Source: Mayamaea pseudoterrestris
Taxonomy: Eukaryota
Direction: 5' to 3'
Assembly: GCA_027923505.1 (NCBI GenBank)
Contig: BROI01000008.1
Span: forward strand, 1 to 64,000
DNA length: 64,000 bases
Each line of letters begins with the position of its first letter. Within the stretch, counting starts at the first letter, position 1. Below the pieces are notes generated by a model that searched no databases, was not told the DNA's origin, and saw only the letters and a list, made by a program, of their open reading frames with translations. Position numbers and translations under genes: made by a program. This document shows positions 57,630 to 64,000 of the stretch, piece by piece.

Positions 57630-58976
57630 CTACTGCACCTGCATGCTGGTTCGTGTACCCTGCCATGGCAATCCTCCGATATAGTCGAGTAACTGCTTGC
57701 GCAAGTGTTTATTGTCGTTCACGTTCCCAGTGGCAGTAAGCGCGCTAATAGTCGACTGATCCACCGTTCTTCTACCGCTAATAGTCCTCGCCAACACTGG
57801 CGACGTGGATCGTAATTCATACATGTCAAAGCCGTCGTGCAAATGCACCAAAAGAATTGACAAGGCAAGTTCCGAAGCCGCCCACGAAAATGCCGTCAAC
57901 TGATGCAATTCGCCCAAGACTGGATGGTTCAGCAAACAGAGAGAGTCGCGATGAAATATTAGTCCGTTCATGTCAAATACAAAGAAACTGCCCTGCGCCG
58001 TCGTTGCCGAGTGATTGTCCATTGTCGTCTTGGAAAAGGAAACCATACTCATATGCAAGTCGTTATCATCTGTTGGCTTCGTTCCACTGCACCACCAAGG
58101 CTGTGAATTGGACATTGGCAGTGCATGATACATCCATCCATGCGACGCATACAAAATGGACGAATCCAAGTCGGCATGGTTTCTCTGTCGAAACAAGTCG
58201 GTGGCAATTTCCATTTCCGCGCGTGTTTCAACCCATGGCTCGTCGGCATTTCTCCAGGAGATGATTGTTGCATTACAAGCAGCTGCATTCACAAGTGCAA
58301 TGCCCTGCCATAAATTGTCCGCGAATACTAGTTTGACAGGGTGATTGGCCATATCGTTCCAATGCAAGAGTCGCGATCCATATTCCTCATCGTTTCGCAA
58401 TCCGTCGTAATGTTCCATTTGAACGAGTATCCAAATCTGCTGGACGTTTGCATCGAGCAACCACTTGAGACAGTTGACAAGGACTGTGCGAGGATTGAAC
58501 AATCTCGTAGTTGCAATTATTTCGTATTCATGTAATACATCTAGTTGACGTGAATCGCGAACTGTTCTTTGGCAGCGAAACTGATTCGAAGAAGCCGTGT
58601 ATTGCTGCAGGCGACGGAGAAGGGTTGGCGCACCGCGGAGCGACAAGCCACGGCAATGACTTGTCGCTTGCTCCAAATTCGTCTTTAGTCTTTCCAGAGC
58701 GAAACCGTCGTCAAGGCCAAGACGTCGTTGAGCAGTATCGTTATCGTTTGCTAGCGATGGAAGTCTGTCCATGCCGAGAGTCGGCCGATTCATCGTCATG
58801 GATGCGTTCGCCAGCGAATGATGCACATAGAGGTTCAAAAATAAGCCAACAATGCATCCAATCATCAGGATGCGAGCCAGGATGAGATGAAATGCAGTAA
58901 ATCTTGTTCGCTTGTTTGAATTGCTGGCTGCTCCTTTTGCTGATCGCGAAATGGTCGTCGTCGTCGACGACAGCAT
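57630..58976 (-). CDS. Hypothetical type II membrane protein; copy 2
   Basis: Translation identical to 45557..46903. Confidence 0.65.
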   Translation of the reverse strand: MLSSTTTTISRSAKGAASNSNKRTRFTAFHLILARILMIGCIVGLFLNLYVHHSLANASMTMNRPTLGMDRLPSLANDNDTAQRRLGLDDGFALERLKTNLEQATSHCRGLSLRGAPTLLRRLQQYTASSNQFRCQRTVRDSRQLDVLHEYEIIATTRLFNPRTVLVNCLKWLLDANVQQIWILVQMEHYDGLRNDEEYGSRLLHWNDMANHPVKLVFADNLWQGIALVNAAACNATIISWRNADEPWVETRAEMEIATDLFRQRNHADLDSSILYASHGWMYHALPMSNSQPWWCSGTKPTDDNDLHMSMVSFSKTTMDNHSATTAQGSFFVFDMNGLIFHRDSLCLLNHPVLGELHQLTAFSWAASELALSILLVHLHDGFDMYELRSTSPVLARTISGRRTVDQSTISALTATGNVNDNKHLRKQLLDYIGGLPWQGTRTSMQVQ

Positions 58977-59343
58977 GAGAATGACTTATGCTGTCTATTG
59001 CATTCAATACCCAATGTTTCGATTATCATGAATGAGACATAATAAGAGATTCAAGGTATGCAGTACCTCTGCTATAAGGTGCAACTGACTGGGATTGTAG
59101 CTGCTGATAATTGATGGTGAAGCCAGCCGCGAAAACGGATCGCGATGGAGACGAGCAAGTTTTGAAACCGCTAAGACATCTTGCCAAAGACGAGTAACGA
59201 TGTGACACTCACCGTTTGGCTTCACATGCTCGACGACACACCATGGCCACGCTCGGGTTGCGTCCAAAGTGAGTCGCGTACAGTTAGACTCAACCTCGTC
59301 TTTATTGTATTACGTCTTTGTCTGCTTATCAATATCCGCGATC

Positions 59344-62260
59344 ATGGTGACGACGCGTGCAGCAAAAGCCGCTATTGACAACGCGGCCGCCGCCGTCGCA
59401 ACAATGTCGACCAAGCAACATCCGCTGCCTCCTACTGATGCGACAGCAATTTTTGATTCAAGCGTTGACGTCGAAGAAGATGGAAATCTTTCGGATGAAA
59501 CGAATGAAGAGGAAGAGGAAGAACGTCAGCCTCCGCTTCTGCCTTCTACTGCTGTTGACCAGCGATTAGTCCACGACGAAAGTGATGACATCAATTGTCA
59601 TTGCTACAATTGTTTGAAAACATCAGCCGAGACCCTCGAACACAATTGCAAGGATCTCATGAAATGCAATTCTAGTTTGAAAAACGATGTTGCTGTGCTT
59701 CAAGCCACGATTGCTGAGTTGGAGACGCAGCAATTACCAGTCGTTGCTGCAAGCGCCGAAGAGCATGCTTTGCAGCAATCCTCTACGGACGAAACAACAG
59801 CACTAAAGGCTGAGATACAACTGCTAAAGCGCGCAAAACACTTCTCAGACCTACGGAAAAAAGACATGGAAGCAAAAATTAACAAAATGAGAATCAAGAT
59901 TTGTGATTTGGAGGAGCAGGTAAACGCTCGAGCGAAATGGCCTAGCAAAACCAACGTATACATTGATGATGACGTACTTGACATCCCTTGGAAAGAAGTT
60001 ACATTGGCCCGCGGAAATCCGACTCGACAGATCTCATCGCCAGCCGCTCGTCCAAGAGTCGATACGAGTCCAAGCCCATTGAAAAAAGTGGTTCTACATT
60101 TCATTCAAGCTTACTTGCATGTAAAAAACAGTCGTTTTAGTCGGCTGGATTTGGCGCGAATTCAACCAATGACTCACGAAAACTTCCGTCGATTTGGGGT
60201 GGATTATTTTAAAGCGACATTGAATTCCGACATACCAGAAGCTTGCACAGCGCAGCGGTTGATTCATTACCTGACTAGCCTACTGGCCGACGCTATACGC
60301 AAAAGCGCGCTGCCGGCCCAGCCTGCAATGAAAGCAATGGAAGCGATGGATGCTTGCACGTTCTTTGACGAGGATCAAGTACACGACTTTTTCAAAGTCA
60401 TGCAAGCGTCAAAAGAAGGTGCAGGTATACCTTGGCGTCAAGCGTTGGAAGATGAGCAAGCACCGGCTTCAGATGAAGCCTGGGGCGAGTACGTCGCTCA
60501 CCTATTCCTTTGCTGTTTTCCGCTTTGCGAGATGTGCCAGAACCAGTCTTATGATAGAATCTCGATCTGCCAAGCGTGCACAGCTGAACGACGGATGAAA
60601 GCCAGTTGGGAGTTGAGTCGTTATGGTACAGCAGTCCGATCAATCTTACAAAACAAGAATTTTAGATCCGGAGAGGATACAGTTTTTCGAACCATGCATG
60701 ACGTGGTCATTCCTGGATCGGATGAGGATCTAGTATTTAAAGCTGTCGTTGAGGTGATTGCTGCGATTCAACTGACAAATCTCAAGCGTCTTTTCACTGT
60801 GGCGAAGGGATTTGCGCCAGACATTCCACCAAAACAACAGATGGGCCAACTGTTTCCATCTGTAGGCGAGAAAAAGCTGAAGAATCGTTTGTTAGAGGTG
60901 CGGGGTGCACGTGCGAAGGTCGATGAGCCTACCGTCGAAACTGACCAGACACTTTTCGCATTATACAAGGAAGCCAAAAATGGCAAAACGCTTGGATATA
61001 ATAGTAATAAATCGGTCTTTCGCATTTCCGATGGAGACGACTCGTGCGTCGTGGCAATTTTGTAAGTATGCTAGCGAGTGTTTTATGGTCATTTTCGTTG
61101 GCTCGCTAATCGAGCCCAATCAATTCGAATGTCGCAGCGAGAAACCGACTTTTATGCCTTCAACCGATGATTGGGTTGAAAAGGCGGAAACGGAAGTGCG
61201 TCTTGCTGTGCGGGCGAGCGACGCTCTCGAGGACGCTGGCCATGTAGATGCATGCCTTGACAAGTTAGGATCCTGCGGCGCCAAGGTGACCAGATATGGC
61301 CGTTGTACCGATGAAACGTAAGTTTGGAATGCTTGTATGCAGCTGTAACTATATCAACTGATGACTTCTTTATTTTGCAGGACTGGCCAGGAAGTGGTCA
61401 TAATGGCCATGGAGGCTGGGCATCCATTGGACGATTGGTTTGACATGGTCCTGCGAAAATTAACTGACGACGAAGCGATATTGGCTGCTTACAATCTTTT
61501 CACAGGGCTTTGCTCAGTGGCGTTTTTTCTAGAAACTGTCATCGGTGAGATCCATAATGACCTCAAACCTGAGAACATTATTATGACGGTTGTCAAGGGC
61601 ACTGAGCTTTGGTTGACCAATAAGGGGACGCTGGATTGTATCCCAGCCGGTGCTGCCACGCAGCCCAAAATTATTGACTTTGGTTCATCCGTTCCGGACG
61701 GTATTTACACGGGTCTGCCGCTGAGTTCGCCTGAATTTGACGGTATCGAGAAGCTACTTGGCATGTCTACATTGTGGGCGTCTGCATATGATAGATTCTC
61801 ATTAGGTCGCATTCTTGTGATTGTTGCCAACCAAGGAGTTGACCCGTGGCAATTGTCAGTTGGAGACACCATGCACTGCCCGCCAGAACTGCGAGAGTTT
61901 TTCTATAAAGCAATTGACTTCGATCGCATTAACGGAAAGGATGTGGAGGTATTAGTCATCAACCTCGTTTACCGTTACATTGTTTTCATGGACACTGATG
62001 ATCATTGGGTTGCAAAGCAGCTGATCAAGGACTCTCCGAATCTCTCTGGTTTGGACAAGGAACTAGCGACGAACGAGACCTTCAAGAACCATGTCGACCT
62101 CATGTCGCTGACAAAGGGCAGCTTCACGCAGTGCGTCCGCTACAGCCCAATTTTCAAATGCAAGGAGGCTGCTATCATGGCATTCTTTGGCCTCATGGAT
62201 CCGTCGCCATCGAATCGATTGCCTCCGGAGGAAGTCATGAAGTTTTTGAAAGACCGTTAG
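59344..62260 (+). CDS. Divergent Ser/Thr protein kinase with long N-terminal coiled-coil and Cys-motif region; exons 59344-61061, 61138-61317, 61381-62260
   Basis: Two GTAAGT...CAG introns (61062-61137, 61318-61380) join three ORFs in frame. Kinase motifs IHNDLKPENII, KIIDFGSS, SSPE, YDRFSLG and LMDPSPSNR. Coiled coil near LKNDVAVLQATIAELE / LKAEIQLLK; Cys clusters CHCYNC and CEMC-x10-CQAC. Confidence 0.85.
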
Positions 62261-63874
62261 TGCTTGGTCACTAAACAAATATTTACTTGTTGCTGAAAAC
62301 ATGTCGGTACGCGTCAACGAGCGACGATGCCAGTAAGTGTTGGCGCGCTATCGTATACTTTCAAGTAATAACGTTTATATGTGCATGATTTGAGTGATTT
62401 TGTAGGTAGACCCCACCTCATTAGCCGAGTAATCTGGGCGACGAGCAGTCACCTACTACTTAGCACCAGCCTACCTGTACCAGTGGTCTTGACCCGGCTT
62501 CTCAAGATGCATATTTATTCTTAAGCTCAGTCAAATACATTGGTATGTTTAGAAGCAACAAAGCATGCCTCAACCATTCCACGCCCAACGTCACTCACCG
62601 ATTCACCATTCACTGCTCGATTGACGCCTCTTCGTTGGATTGATGTTCAAATGATCGGTAATTCAGCAAGCCAATTGACGTGCATGGCGACTCAAGTGAC
62701 CATCCTATACTTGATTTGCCATCGTCATCGCGTTAAGCGTGTATTCTTTTGCTCGTTGCAATTTGTGACGGTGAAAAGACCGTAGCGGTCGACACACACG
62801 GTGTGCCGTACGTTGGGATTTGCAACATCCCAATTGCGGCACTTTTAGTCCCGAATCAGTACAACGGCCAGAAAATGCTTTGTGTACATGCAGCATCGGC
62901 CTGCGCCGCGATACAACAATAGAACGTGATTTTTAAAGTCCATCAAAGAATCAGCGGCAGCTGCAGGAAGAAGCGTTTTGTGAAGCACAGAGCGACGATG
63001 ATGCGCTGGGTATGATCGAAACCTCCCATCAACAGCTACAGGAGCTGCATGCATGCAGCTGCCGTCCCCAGCGGTTGACATTCGTTTTGCGCCGATACGG
63101 TGCAGAGGCTTTACCATGTGCACGCGCTTGATATGAGAGAACGACCCGATCCGAGACATGTCGCTCGAGACGCCATTGCTGCGTCTTGGATGTTTGATGG
63201 CGCCAGTTGACGCAAATGTCTTGCTGCCCAACGCCAAAGCAAAGAGAGACATGGCAAAAGACGTGTGTGGAGTGTAGTAGAGTCCGATGATTCGTGTATC
63301 CTCCTCGTGAGTGATAGCAATTTAGGAACCTGAATGCTTTCGGTCGTCCAATCTTCATCTAATTCAAGGTTTCACAAGCAGGTAGTCACACGAAACACAG
63401 AGATTCCAATCATTGCAAAAGTACTTGTAAATTCCGACGAATGTAGCATGCCGTTCCATCCTCCATCCTCGTCCCTCGTCCCTCATCGCCATCCGTCGCT
63501 CAGAGGCTGCCACGTAAACTTGTTTTGAAAATAAAGCCTTTATTCTGTTGAGACGGTTCGCTCAGTAGCCAATATATGCACCTATGGAGAATTACTGGAA
63601 CTTGGAAAACGTAGATGAAAGTGGCTGACGAAAAATGCTGCTCGCCCGATCGTGCGCGTTGCGTCGAAACAAACCATCTGGCGCCATGGACCAGCTTCCG
63701 TCTTGCTGCTATAGACAGAGAGTACATACATATGGAATCTCCCAGCCAATATAACGAGATGGCGAGTTCATGGTTAGTCTCGAGACATACGGTATGAAAG
63801 GTCGAAAGGACGACAAAAGATGAGGTGAGTGCTCGCCATCATTTTGGTACACTTTCATCTATAGTAGTGTGATT

Positions 63875-64000
63875 GAAACGAGTGCCAGTGAAAACTGCGT
63901 CATGAGACAATAGTACGAAACGAGTGCCAGTGTCAATTACGTCACACGGCAATAGTACGAAACGAGTGCCAGTGTCAATAACGTCAACAGGCAATAGTGT
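63875..64000 (+). repeat. 42-bp minisatellite, 3 units, cut by the window edge
   Basis: GAAACGAGTGCCAGTGAAAACTGCGTCATGAGACAATAGTAC and following units. Confidence 0.95.

Larger units (their letters stand above)
47033..59107 (+). repeat. 12,073-bp tandem segmental duplication, copy 2
   Basis: Begins TGTGCCAAAAACTTTG (=34960) and ends ...GCTGCTGA at 59107, after which unique sequence resumes. Confidence 0.98.

Noticed and set aside
62400..63870. Short ORFs on both strands as genes or a transposase remnant
   Set aside because: No recognisable domain or consistent reading frame; left unannotated.

Overview
Eukaryotic nuclear DNA, most likely from a diatom or related stramenopile (inferred from gene-dense layout, short GT-AG introns and gene repertoire). 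It is not prokaryotic and contains no CRISPR array. Left to right: (1) a long minus-strand DUF1769 + DUF547-like gene, intact in its 5' third but full of frameshifts over 238-3780; (2) a 42-bp minisatellite; (3) a 4-exon formate-tetrahydrofolate ligase; (4) a ~9.6-kb array of ~57 copies of a 169-bp, palindrome-rich satellite, bracketed by 45-bp imperfect inverted repeats as if it had expanded inside a non-autonomous DNA transposon; (5) a large myristoylated USP deubiquitinase; (6) a secreted patatin/lysophospholipase-like gene, a GT31 glycosyltransferase, RPS26, a TBC Rab-GAP and an acidic C2H2-finger gene; (7) a 52-bp minisatellite that is the left breakpoint of a near-identical 12,073-bp tandem duplication (34960-47032 / 47033-59107); each copy carries a bacterial-type N6-adenine-methyltransferase-like gene, a 42-bp minisatellite, a Deg/HtrA protease, an amino-acid transporter, a GT60-like GlcNAc transferase, a CTR copper transporter and an unknown type II membrane protein; (8) an atypical coiled-coil/Cys-motif protein kinase and another 42-bp minisatellite at the right edge. 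The best leads are the inverted-repeat-bounded satellite, the NPPF methyltransferase with a PX-like N-terminus, the dispersed 42-bp element with fixed ends, and the duplication junction. All family calls come from motif recognition by eye; no database search was run.
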